In this document: positions 1 to 11,098 of the stretch, piece after piece
Layout of the letters: every line of letters starts with the position of its first letter
Position numbering within the stretch: position 1 is the first letter of the stretch
Assembly: GCA_029717555.1 (NCBI GenBank)
Contig: JAMDHS010000138.1
Span: forward strand, 1-32,678
From: Peribolospora baueri
Lineage: Eukaryota
DNA: 32,678 nucleotides
Reading direction: 5' to 3'
The notes under the pieces: generated by a model
What the model saw: the letters and a program-made list of their open reading frames with translations, nothing else
Database searches by the model: none
What the model was told of the DNA's origin: nothing
Translations under genes and position numbers: made by a program

Positions 1-50
<50 letters not shown>
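1..50. repeat. Poly(A) homopolymer (at least 50 nt) at window edge
   Basis: Positions 1-50 are all A; the run may continue beyond the window. Confidence 0.95.
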
Positions 51-53
<3 letters not shown>

Positions 54-91
54 GGGCGTTGGAAGACGGGAACGGGCGCTCTGCTTCCTAC

Positions 92-114
92 CCAACCAAC
101 CAACCAACCAACCA
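92..114. repeat. (CCAA)n microsatellite
   Basis: Five CCAA units plus a partial unit, just downstream of the amidohydrolase stop. Confidence 0.9.
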
Positions 115-159
115 GATGAATAATAGCCCACGCCCACTCCAAAACACCGGCCCGGCCCG

Positions 160-3100
160 TCACACGCCTCCCCATCTCACTTTTCCGCCCACGATCGTCG
201 CCCGCACTTTTGCTCGCTTCACCTTGTCGGCATCGACCGTCATGATGTCGCGGTCGAGCACGACCAGGTCTGCTCGCTTGCCCCGCTCGAGCGACCCGGA
301 CACGCGCTCCTCAAACTGCGAGTAGGCGACGTCGAGCGTGAAGCCTCGCAACGCGTCCTTGCGGGACAGCGTTTCGTTGGCATACCTGTGTCGTCGAAAG
401 GAAGGAAGGAGGAAGGAGGAGCCACTCAGCAGCCGCCGTGTTGACACCGATCAGATTGTTCCCAACCACGCTTTGACTCGCTCACCATCCTCCAGGTCCG
501 TGCGGGCTCGTCCCGTCGGCGGCCAACCTCGTAATAGCGGCGTAGAAGCCCATGACCGGGTCCGGGTCCTCGACGGGGAAATCAGAGCCGAGCGCCACTC
601 GAGTGCCATGACTGCGAAAAGACCGAAAAAACCGGCGCGAGTCTTTGCTTGAATACTATACCCCTTGACAACTGCAAGTGCATACCCTCCCTCCATCTCA
701 CTCACTCGGCCAGACTTCTCCACGCGTAAGCGCCTTTCACCCGCTCTCGGCCTACTCGTGTCTCGGCGTACGCAAAGTCGCTGGTACCTAGATAAAGGGA
801 CGAGCGCAGTGAGAAACAGCGAGACCGACGTTCACCAGCTCGACGCCCCGCCCCCCCTCCCCCCTACTCACAGTGCGTAGGCTGCATGGAAGCGATCACT
901 CCGAGAGGGCCAATGCGCGCGATGTCTTCTTGACGCTGACGGACAAAAGTGTGGACAAGGTCGCTGCCTCAGAGCTGGTGCGCGGGTGTGGACGGCCGGC
1001 GGGCTCACTCCACCGGTAGCTCACCAAGACTTGAGCGTGTTCGACGCGCAGACGTATGTCGGCCCCTCGTTCGTCGTCAGCGGCCGACTGCAAAACTTGC
1101 TCGTACGCGTCTAGGACGAGGGCGTTTGCTCGATCGCCGATAGCATGAGTGGCGACTTGGAAGCCCTTGTGGAAACGGGCGGTTTCATAACACCACCGTC
1201 AATGCCACAGGCTCCACCCACGAGATTCTATGAAACACCAAGGTGGACCGCTCACCTTCTCGACCCACTTGCGGACGAGCGGCTCGATGGCCGCTGGTTC
1301 CATTAGTAGCAGGCCGCGCTCGTCGGGACGGTCTTATAAGAGAGTCTTCGTCACCACATCGGTTCCCCGCGTTGACTGCGATGACAACGGCCAGGGGACA
1401 AGTCTCTTACCTGAATAGCCTTCCCACATGGCGGCACCCCAGGAGCCCAAGGCTGATGGGGAATACCGACGACCGTCAGCTGCCTCTCCACCCCCGATGA
1501 GTTCAGCAGCAAATTTTTTTAAAAGCTTACCTCCGTCTAGCGGTCGAAACGTGAGAGAAAAGGGCGAGGAGAAAAGGGCGAGGAGAAAAGGGCGAGGGCG
1601 TGCCGGCGTCAGCGACAGCGTTTCGAAAGAAGAGAGCACAAAAGACGAAAAGCCGGGAGCGTGTCTCGACTCCCGATACCCGCACTGACCTGTAAACAGC
1701 TTCACCGTCCTGAACGTAAACTTTCCAGAGCCTGCCCCTTCGTCCGTGCCAAGGCCGACAACTTTTTCCATGCCATCTCCGCAATACTCATCTCGCTTCG
1801 GGCACGAGACGAACGCGTACACGTGCAGGGGCAGACCGCCATTGGTCGCCTTTCTGGGGACAGCCGCGCGAGAGGGATGCGGGCAAGGGCGTTTGTCAGG
1901 AGCAAGACAGGCGACAAGTCGACGACTGGTTGTACGTACGAGGTGTAGAATTCTATGGCGCTCAGCGAGGCTGCTGCGTCGCCTACGCTGACGATGCCCT
2001 TGGCCAGCAAGTCTTGCGAGGCTGCAGACAGGTAGGTGTTCATGTCCTCCTCCGTCCATAAGGGCATGGCTGCGACTGACGAACGAGCGTCGATATTGTG
2101 GCGAGCGATGATGTAGCTTGGTTGTCACCAGACTGCCTACGACCGCCGTTAGAAGGGGGACATGAAGCCCACTCACAAACGAGGTCCATGGCATTATCGA
2201 GTAGCACCCCTGTCGGCCTGCCCTCCTCGTCTCTCACGACCAGGCCTCCATCGACCTTACTGGGCAAAGGATGGAGCATGTCGAGGACATGCTCGTTGAT
2301 CCAGAGCGCATGGACGTCCACTCGGCGTAGAGAGATGGGCCGGTCGCGCAAGACGGGGTCGGAGGAGAGGTCAGCCTGCGAAGAGGCGATTCAGCGTTCG
2401 GGACGGATGGCAAAAAGTCAACCAACCACCACGGACACTCACAGCGCTGGGAAAGTCCGCGGGCGTCCACCTCGTCTGATCCCATCCCATGCCTTCCACC
2501 CATCGCGAAGGGTTGTCGCGGAGCTCAGGGTGGGACAAGACAAAGGTGCGAACGCGGGCGACCGCCTCTGTGCGGTCGAAGGGAAAGACAAATATGCTAA
2601 TGTCGGCCCTCGAAAAAACAAAAAGACGGCGCAGGACGACGGTGGACAACGGAAGAAGGGAACGTCCGTTGGACTCTCACCCTCCTTCGAAGCTGCGCCT
2701 GTGAGATCGACGACGGTCTTGCTCCACCCGTGTTCGAGGAGATGTCCGTGCGCGTCCTGAAAGCCGGGGTATATCGCCCATCCATCTCTTAGCTTCCTCC
2801 TCCTCAACTTCCCCCTTCCGCCCTTCTCCCTCCACCTCCCTTTCACTTCCATCCAACTCCCGACGTCGTCCACTAGACCGTCCCGGACGAGTACGCAGTC
2901 GACGACGTCGGGCACGTCCGTGGTCGGCGAAACGGTCCACGTGGCATTGTTGGTGCACAGAGCATACGCCGAGGGGAGTTGAGCGGTGGGACGGCGAGAG
3001 AGGAGGAGGACGAGGAATAGGGAGAGGGACGTGAAGACGGTGAGCAAGCGGGGAGAAGCGAACGGAGAGCGCACGCCGAACGACGGCTGGTCGTCCGGGA

Positions 3101-3194
3101 CAACGGACCCGCGCTTCTTTTCCGAGCTTCCTCCCTTGGAAGCTTGTGAGCGGTGCAGTCTGGCCTGGCGACGGCGGAGCGTCGCTTGGAACAT
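160..3194 (-). CDS. Amidohydrolase 3 family (YtcJ-like) metallo-hydrolase with N-terminal hydrophobic anchor, ~633 aa, 13 exons
   Basis: Exons 3194-2681, 2567-2443, 2375-2177, 2075-1940, 1853-1690, 1536-1531, 1452-1411, 1332-1256, 1165-1025, 935-872, 787-706, 611-486, 385-160 (all GT-AG). The spliced protein has PGFQDAHGH, GMGWDQT, RVDVHALW, KLFTDGALGSWGAA, THAIGDRAN, RVEHAQ, ASMQPTH, LGSDFPVE, GSLERGKRADLVVLDRD and ATIVGGK. Confidence 0.93.
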
Positions 3195-4311
3195 GCCCCC
3201 GGTGTTTTTGAGATGCGAGCGAGAAGCGGCCAACTTGGACGACCGTATGTAATGATATCAGATGCGCCAAGATCGTTCTAGCAAAGCCCCGATCAATGCG
3301 GCGAGGGCGGACTCGGTCCAGGTACCGCGTCCGCCCCGTTGTCTCACCAGTGCTCGATCCCTCGTTCCATTCGCTGGCTAGTGCTATGTACTGCGGATCA
3401 ACTACGAAACAGAAGACGGCGTTTGGGCGAGAGTCTGGCCAGCCAGCGCCATGTCCATCCTTCCTTTTCCATTTGCCAACGGTGTCCTCCGTTCATAGAG
3501 ATGGCGTTTCGGCTGTCGGACCTCCCGCTTTACGGTCGCCTCTTGCACGCCCTCGGTCCGAGGTGCCGAACCCAACGTACCTCTGTACGAGTTTCGGACA
3601 CTCGCGCTCTTGCCGGCTCTCTCGGCTCCAACGGCGGGCCATCCTGCCATGATGCTCTCGCCGCCGCTACGCTACGCTCGCGGCGAAGGAAGAGTGACGA
3701 CGAACCGCCGGATATAGACCCGTTGTCGCGGCCGTGCATGGATGATGGTCCACGCCATGCGGTCGAACCAGCGTCTGGCGCAAATGCCATAAAGCCGCTC
3801 GCCGGCAGGACCGGCGCCTTTGATATCATCTTCGCGTGTGCGTGTCAAAGGCTAGCCAGCCCTTCCTTCGCGCCTGTCCAGCGCCTTCCTTCTAGCCTCG
3901 TCCATCGTCCATCTCGTGCGTTTCCTGTGTTTGTCATGCCGCCGTGCCGTCGTCGTTGCCCCTGCAATGAAGAAGGACTGAACGCTGGTGGCGGTGTGGC
4001 GGACGAGTTCTGGGGTGTGTTTGGGACGCGAGAATCTTCTGTGCGACACACACAGGAACGCAGAACGGGCACAGGGGCGCAGAGCAGAACGGGCGAACAT
4101 GGCCGCCAAGCACAAAGCGGGGGCCGAGAGCAAGAAGCTGCAGCCACTTCGGTAGCGGACCTGTCTCAGTAGGCAGGCAAGGCAGTCTATCCGTAATTTC
4201 CCGCTTTTTTCGCGCGCTTTTTCGTCTCCAGTTCCCAGTTCCCAGCGAGGCCGAGGCGAGGCCGCACATGAGTTATGCTATGCAAGTCGGTTCGGCCTTG
4301 AGGGGCCGACA

Positions 4312-4346
4312 CGAATGCGATGCGAATGCGATGCGAATGCGAATGC
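4312..4346. repeat. Imperfect (CGAATG/CGATG)n tandem repeat
   Basis: cgaatgcgatgcgaatgcgatgcgaatgcgaatgc in the divergent intergenic region. Confidence 0.8.
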
Positions 4347-5008
4347 AATTGTGACTGCGATCGTCTCGGCGTGTGCATTGCGTCGGGTATAGTCTAGTCA
4401 GTCGAGTGGCCGTATCGTATCCTACCGCTCGCTCGTCTGATCTTATCTCCCGAACGCGTCTCACCTTTTCCCGCCCTTCTCGCTCCTTATTTGTTTTCTC
4501 AAACGTCCCCGCTCGCGCTTCAGGCTTAGGAGAGCGTGGCGATCAGCTGCGACCCGCGTGTGCGGCTCGCCTCGCCGTCCGTCCGTGCTGACGATCGCCA
4601 AGCTAGTGCAGCTAGTGCGTCCCGCTCGCTGCTTGGCGGGGCGGGAATGTTCTGGCGGGCAGTCAGTCTGTCAATCAATCAGTCGACTGCGACGTTGCCA
4701 CCCACCTCTTCGGGACGACGCTTGGTAGCTCGGCAAAACATCCCTCCCTCCATCCTCGCCATGCCTCGCCACGCTTGGCCGTGCCGCCTTCGTGTCTCTC
4801 CTCCTTCGTACTTTCATGCCGTCTCGTCGCCGGCCGTGTAGGCCCGCGCACATGTATGTGCACATACATATACCAGCTCCCTCTCAGACCGCCGGCATGG
4901 CCCCGTCCATGGGAACCCCCTCCTCGTTTCGCCGCCCGCCCGCACCGGACCCAGCCGTCCCTCGCGAAGCCACTCGGAGCAGCTTCGAGTTAAGACGCCT
5001 GGGCCGAC

Positions 5009-7141
5009 AGTGAGTTGTCTTTCGTTCGTTCGGTGTTTTTGTCTTGTTCTCGTCCACGTACGCAAAGCGTTCGTCTGAAAAAAATCGCTCGTCAGTGTCC
5101 CTCTCTGTACAGGGAACGCTCGGGCCACTTGCCCTGGGTGCTTGGCTAAACGTCTGGCTCCAGGGCTTCCACTTCATGCAGGTCTACGTTTACTTTCGCC
5201 GCTTTCCTAACGACAGGCTCATCATTCGCCTCCTCGTCACCACCATCCTTGTCTGCGATGCCGCCAACTCGATCCTCACCTGCGACTTTGTTTACAACTA
5301 CGCCGTCGCCCATTTCGGTGAGTCCAGCGGTAGCGTACACCTCGCGCGGGGAGAGGCTCGCTGACGGTGACCCTCTGCTACCCTTGCGGCCCCGGCCGTG
5401 TCCGCCCGCCCGCCGTCGCAGGGGACCTCGACTATCTCTCGCGTTCTACGCCTTCGTTCATGGCGGCATACTGCCTCAACGGATTCGTGCGTCCTGCTTC
5501 CCCTTCTCCGCCCTTTGTGTTTAGGTGACTGGGATTGGGAAGACACGCCGGCTCGCAGGTGAGGCTGACTGACATGCCCGCCCTCGCCCTCGCGACATAC
5601 CCCCAGATCTCCGCCCTCACCCAGGTCTTCTTCGGCTGGCGCGTCATGAGGTTGTCGCACTCTCGGATTCTCGGCTACCTCATTTGGACCCTTGCGGCGG
5701 TCTCTTTCGGTGAGAGGAGAGCCTTGTTCCCAGTCCATTTGCTTTTCCTCTTCCTCTAGCAGAGCGAGAAACTTCCGGAATCACAAATGCTTATGCCTTT
5801 TTCTTTCGGCTCTGCAATTCCACCCAGTGGGCAACGTCGGTGCTACCATAGCCGATTCTAGACTTCGGCACGTTAGTAAAAAAAAGCTCTTCTCCTTCTT
5901 CGTTCTATTCGGTCCATCGCCCTCGGCCGTCCTTCGAGCGACCGAGGTGCAGCATGCGGTCGGTGGCGTATGTTTCATGTCGTCATCTTCGATGATTCTT
6001 GTTTTCCCCCCACAGTTCTCCGACTTTGATAAATTCGCATTCATGATCATCCTCTGGCTTGCCAGCGGCCTCTGCACTGACCTCGTCATCACCGGTTCGC
6101 TCGTCTGGTACCTTGCGAGGAGCAGGACCGGCTTTCTCGTGACGGATGAGTGAGCATCACCAGCATCGCTTCCTCACCATCGTTGCACTGCTCCGCGGAA
6201 GATGGATGGAACGCTCACCTCTTCCTCTCCTTCTTCCGTCCCTTCGCTGCTTTCCCCTCGCGTGCAGCGTACTCACCCGCCTCATCAGGCTGTCTGTGCA
6301 GACTGGACTCTTAACCACTTCCATCACCCTTGTCGAGTGAGTTTCAGAGCCGTCCGTTGATTTGTGCGCGCGAAAACAAAAAAAAAAATCTCACACGCCG
6401 CCGCCGTGTCGCACTGCATGTAGTCTCATCACCCTCGGGACGGTCCAGAACAACCTCCACCTCGTGAGTGAGCCGGTTGGGCCCTCGGCTGTTGCGCCCT
6501 CGCATTCATCTTGCTGTCCACGACTCATTTCGTTATCGTCTCATGCCCCCTTCTCTTTCCGTGGCCAGTTGTTCAACATTCCGCTTTGCAAGCTCTACGC
6601 CAACTCGCTCATGTCTACTCTCAACGCCCGTTCTGGAGGATGGTCCAGCGGCATGTCTGACCAGGAGGACGAGACGTCGGCTCGGACTCGACGCAAGTCC
6701 AACCGAACCAACTTCCACCTCTCGTCTACCGGTTACCCGCGCGGCGGGCAGAGCTTTGGACTGACGAGCCGAAGAGACGCCGTAGAACGGCTGGGCCCCA
6801 ACCTCGAGGGGGGCATCACGATCATGGAGACGGCGGTGGTGCACTCGTCGAGGATAAATGGGATGAGCGACCAGAAAGCCGTCGAGTGTGGCTCGGCGCT
6901 CGGCAGTCCCACCGAACCGACCGTGGTGTTGGACAACGGCAACGGCAACGGCGGCGGCGGCAGCGGCGGCGGGACGGGCGAGGACGAACATAACAGCACG
7001 GCGGCCAGCAGCCAATACAACATTGACGGCTACAGCCAGGTCGACGGCGAATCCTCCAGCCCGTTCTACGCCACCAACCAGTTTCCAAGGTTGATGAGCG
7101 ACGGTTCGTCTGGACGACGGTCTCGACATACGAACCGCTGA
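5009..7141 (+). CDS. DUF6534-type basidiomycete multi-pass (about 7 TM) membrane protein, ~416 aa, 9 exons
   Basis: Coding segments 5009 (A of a split ATG), 5096-5317, 5422-5486, 5607-5709, 5828-5871, 6016-6149, 6268-6336, 6424-6463, 6569-7141. Family-typical motifs: TLGPLALG, QVYVYFRRFPND, QVFFGWRV, DLVITGSLVWYL..SRTGF..TD, RLIRLSVQTGLLT, KLYANSLMSTLNAR, followed by a polar tail. Confidence 0.85.
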
Positions 7142-8364
7142 CGCCGCTGTCACGCGCTTCCGTCCGTCCATATCACGGCGCTGGCACGTCTGCAGCGAAA
7201 ATGGTGGCTAGATGTAGCCGATTTCCTTCCTTTTTCCTCTCGTTTGACGATTCGCAAGGCCGACGTATCGTATCGCTCCTTACTATTATTGCATCATCGC
7301 AAGCTATCCTTTCTTCCCGTTTTGAGACACATACCCACTTCCCCTCTTCGGACTTTTCTTGGCGTTCCTCACTCAATCTGTCCGGTCTTGTGGCATGCAA
7401 CTTTCGGTGCATGGCCTGCGTGGTCGTCTTCTGCGGGAAGTGCAATATGAAACCACGGCTTTTCGTGGACCGCCGCTTCGCATGGTCCGATCATCGCTGA
7501 AGGAGGAGGTAGGTAGGTTGGCCCACACGCTACGCTACCCCCGAGATCGATTTTCCAACCGTGCCCATGCACCTCTCGGTATCGAGAGACGGCTCTCACC
7601 ATGCCTGCGACAGTGCGCTGGGCTGAACGTGTCGACGCGTTCGCGCCGCCCATGCCACGCTTGCAAGTTTCAGAGCGCTTGCTGCCGTAAGTGGTCGGTC
7701 GTCTTAAACCCCTCTTCCCTCCGAGTCGAGTCGAGTAGACTGGGCGTTGGGCGTCGGGCCACGTCGACTAACTAACAAAGTGCGACATGTAGAGCATGTA
7801 TGCACATAGCAGCCCCACAGGAGTTGGTGAGCAACGGTGCTAGCAGAGTGTCGAGCGCCCTTACGCTGCGGGTCCTCCCAAAGCAAAGAAAGTACAGAAC
7901 TGGCGAGCGAGCACAGACAGGACGCGCGCGAGTAGGACATGATCGACCTTTCCTAATTTCCGTACGACCTAACAGAGCGGACCTACGGACGCGCTTGGTC
8001 CAGAGCCAACGGTCCAAAGTCGCATGAGAACAAGAAGAAGGTAGGTGGGTGAGGTGGAGGGAAGACACTTGAAATAAGGAGGAATCGCGACCGTTGCGGC
8101 CGACCGGAGAACCTTGCGTGAAGATGATCATGACAGAGCCAGTCCGGCCCGCCCGCCTTTCTTCTCTTTACGTTGGGCCCAACACAAATAGGCCCGATGG
8201 CCGAAACTGCTCACTTTTCGTATGCGGAAGGGGGGGGGTGGGTTACGGTTACAACAACATGGTCTTTCGAAAGACTCGAGCAAAGCACTATGGGAGACAT
8301 CGGCAGGACCAGGCGAACGGGGACGGAGAACGGACAGAGAGGTGTTACGTCTTTTGAGCTCCCC

Positions 8365-11098
8365 TCACCACCCAAACCGCTCATTGACGAGGTACACCTC
8401 TGCCAAGCCCCGTCTCCTCCCGGTCAACAGCTCGAGATTGAGTCTGGCCACCTTGTTGGCCACGTCGTGTGCAAAGTCTTCTGGGCCGCAGCTGGCAACC
8501 GCCACCGTCGTCTTCGTCTCGCCGCCTCCGGAAGAGTCGGCCTCGGCGACGAACCGGTCGAGTAAGGAAGGTAAATTCGGTCGACCTCGGAGCATCCGCC
8601 AAGGACCGGCTTCGTCAAAGCCGAGAGCCCGCAAGCCGCCGACGATGAGCGGACAAGCATCCTCGACGGCCGCCGCCTCCTTCGCTGCCGGGTCACGGAA
8701 CGGCTGCGAAGATTTGGGAGTGTGGGCACCAGAGCTAGGGCCTTCCGCCCTCTCGAGGTCATTGTCGTCTTCGTCGTCCTTTTTGTCGCTGCGGCCTCCG
8801 TCCTCCTCTGTTGACTCCGTCTTCACGCTTTCAGCGCCCCCTCTGTGGCCCCTTTCCAGGAAGGTGGCGCCAGTCTGTAATGAGGTGGCGTGGGCGGTCG
8901 GCCACGATGAAGAGACGGGCTCTCCTTCTCCGTCGCCTGTGACATGAAATGAGACGGACAGCGTGCCAGGTGGAGCGAGGTGGACCGCCGTGCGGAGAAA
9001 GTCGGCCACGGCGAAGATGGACTCTGGGCAGGGAGAAGAGGACCGATTTAGCTTCGGAAGCCTCGTTCGACGGGCGGTTGAAAGCAATCAATGGCTCACC
9101 CGCTCTCCTGACAGCCCAAACAAAACAAATAGACTTTGTGACGCCTGTCCCATCCCTGATGCGCCTGACCGCGTCGAGCAAGACGCTCACACCAAACGTC
9201 GCGCCTGAGCCGCCAACGCAGATGGCCACACACTCGTACATGGCCAAGCTTGCGCAGCCGCCGTAAGGGCCGTCGAAGAGGGCCGGCACCGTTTTCGCCC
9301 CAGCCGTACGAGACGCGAGCTTGTGCAAGCGCTGAGTGAAGCCGCTGCGGGTCCTTGCAACGAGCACGAGGCGGTTGTAGGCGAAGTGCTCATCAGGGCT
9401 GGGCAGGGTGACGACGGTGAACGGGTGGCTCTGGAGCGGGTTGATCGTTGGCAGGCGCACGAACACGTGTTGACCCGCCTCCCACCTTGCTGGCGTGACC
9501 AGCGTAAGGCGGGTAAAGTCGCCGGGAAAAGGCTCGATGAGGGCGCGGGAGAGGGAGAAGAAGTCATTTGTGTACGCTTGATAGGCCAAGCGCAGGAAAA
9601 CTGACGCGCCGTACAGCCCAGCGGCCGAGGCAAGGAAATTCCAAGCTGCAAGCCAAGATTCGAAGTATAAGCACGAAATGAGATGTTGAAAGGGGCGGAT
9701 TTCAGTCCACTTATGCCGTCGCGGACCATACCCACAGGTTAAAATGTTCTCGCAATGGATGAACAAGTACGCCAGGAAGACCTGTGAGTCCAAGCATGGA
9801 TGTGATAGAGCCAACTGACGATAAGCGGCGCCCGTACATTGCGCGGTCACGGCGGATCACTCACAACGGCGACGACAATGTGATGCACAACAAAGAACTC
9901 GTAGGAGAGGCTGCGAAGGTCTGCGAAGCTAGAAAAGACGAGCCAGAAGAGACAGGCGAAAGCGATCGTACCCGTCTTGAAAATGTTATCGGAGTAATAG
10001 CTGCCATTGCCACGGGCGAGGTGAAGGGGACGGAGTGAGCATGCCGAACGGGAAGGCGTCAGGCGAGTGAAGGGAGAAAGAATTGGATGAACGGGGGGAA
10101 GGGAGGGGGAAGCTCAAGTGCTCACTATTGATTCAGCATGCTAGCGCCACCGTAGTTCATGGGCATAACGATGAACGGCACGGTGTGTATGGTGGCGAAG
10201 AAAAGCATAATGCGCGCTCCCCACTGGTGGTATACCTGCGTACGTCAGGAACATGAAAGAACAAGAATGAGAACGCACTGTTGGTCGTTCCGTCGGAGTG
10301 TCGCATTGGACAGCTCTTTCCCTTCTCCGCCCGAGGTGCGACTGCAATCTACCTTCGGTTCGACTGTCCATTAAACTCACCTGCAGCCTCTCGTGTCCCA
10401 ATCCAGTGAGCAGGCTAACAAAGTTGACCTTGCTAGATAGCGCAAAGCTGAACGGCACCATGCCCAACGCCATCCAGCCGGCCCTCAAGGCGAGGGGAGG
10501 GGAGCCGCTCATCTCTAGCGGTCGGTAGTACGGCTTGACGGAGAAGGCCCAGGCGACGAAAGTGACGAAGAAGGCCAAGATGAGCAGGGAGGGGCCGACG
10601 GCGGGAAAGCGCAAGGTTGGGAGAAGCCACAAAGGTAGGTGCGACCGAAGAGCGGAGGCGCGCCGGTGGTCCTTGGCAGGAGGGCCGCTGCCACGGTCGC
10701 CTTTGGCGAGAGAAAGCGTACGAGGCTGACGGTAACCGACCGAGCGAAGCAGGGCAGACAAATGGCGCAGGCCGGGTACAGAGAGGGCGGCCGCTCCTTT
10801 TCGCGGGAAGGCTCGCCGCGTTTGATGAATCAGATTGGCGACAGCAAACAGTCCGATAACAGCCACCGCAAAGTAGCACACGCCTGGGGAGAAATGGAGA
10901 GAGCCGGGCGGTGGGGAGTGATAGGTTTTCCGGTCATCCGTCTGTCAAGTTGGAACAAGCAGCCTCGAGTCACTCACCTCTGGCGTACTTAGCTTGCCCA
11001 TCCCAAGGGTCCGCCATCATGCCGTCCATGAGGCTCATCCTCGTCAACAGGGGCTGCCCGTCATGGTTAACGTCGTTGAGGCGCATGATTTCGTCCAT
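8365..11098 (-). CDS. Ferric/cupric-chelate reductase (FRE family flavocytochrome), ~706 aa, 7 exons
   Basis: Exons 11098-10978, 10883-10381, 10235-10126, 10000-9865, 9781-9736, 9645-9100, 9023-8365. Heme-His segments HERLQVYHQW...TIHT and YEFFVVHHI...IHC, FAD motif QSHPFT, NAD(P)H motifs DGPYGG and VGGSGATF, plus CGPEDF and C-terminal ERFGW. Confidence 0.93.

Noticed and set aside
7141..8365. Short ORFs and small hairpin-like segments between the convergent DUF6534 and FRE genes
   Set aside because: No recognisable protein motif, tRNA cloverleaf, or snRNA/snoRNA signature; consistent with 3' UTRs and spacer.
8222..8947. Long antisense or alternative-frame ORFs over genes (e.g. 8222-8947, 12271-12825, 22809-23657, 26620-27327, 27305-27970)
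   Set aside because: Shadow ORFs expected from high-GC codon usage on the real coding strand; no independent motifs.
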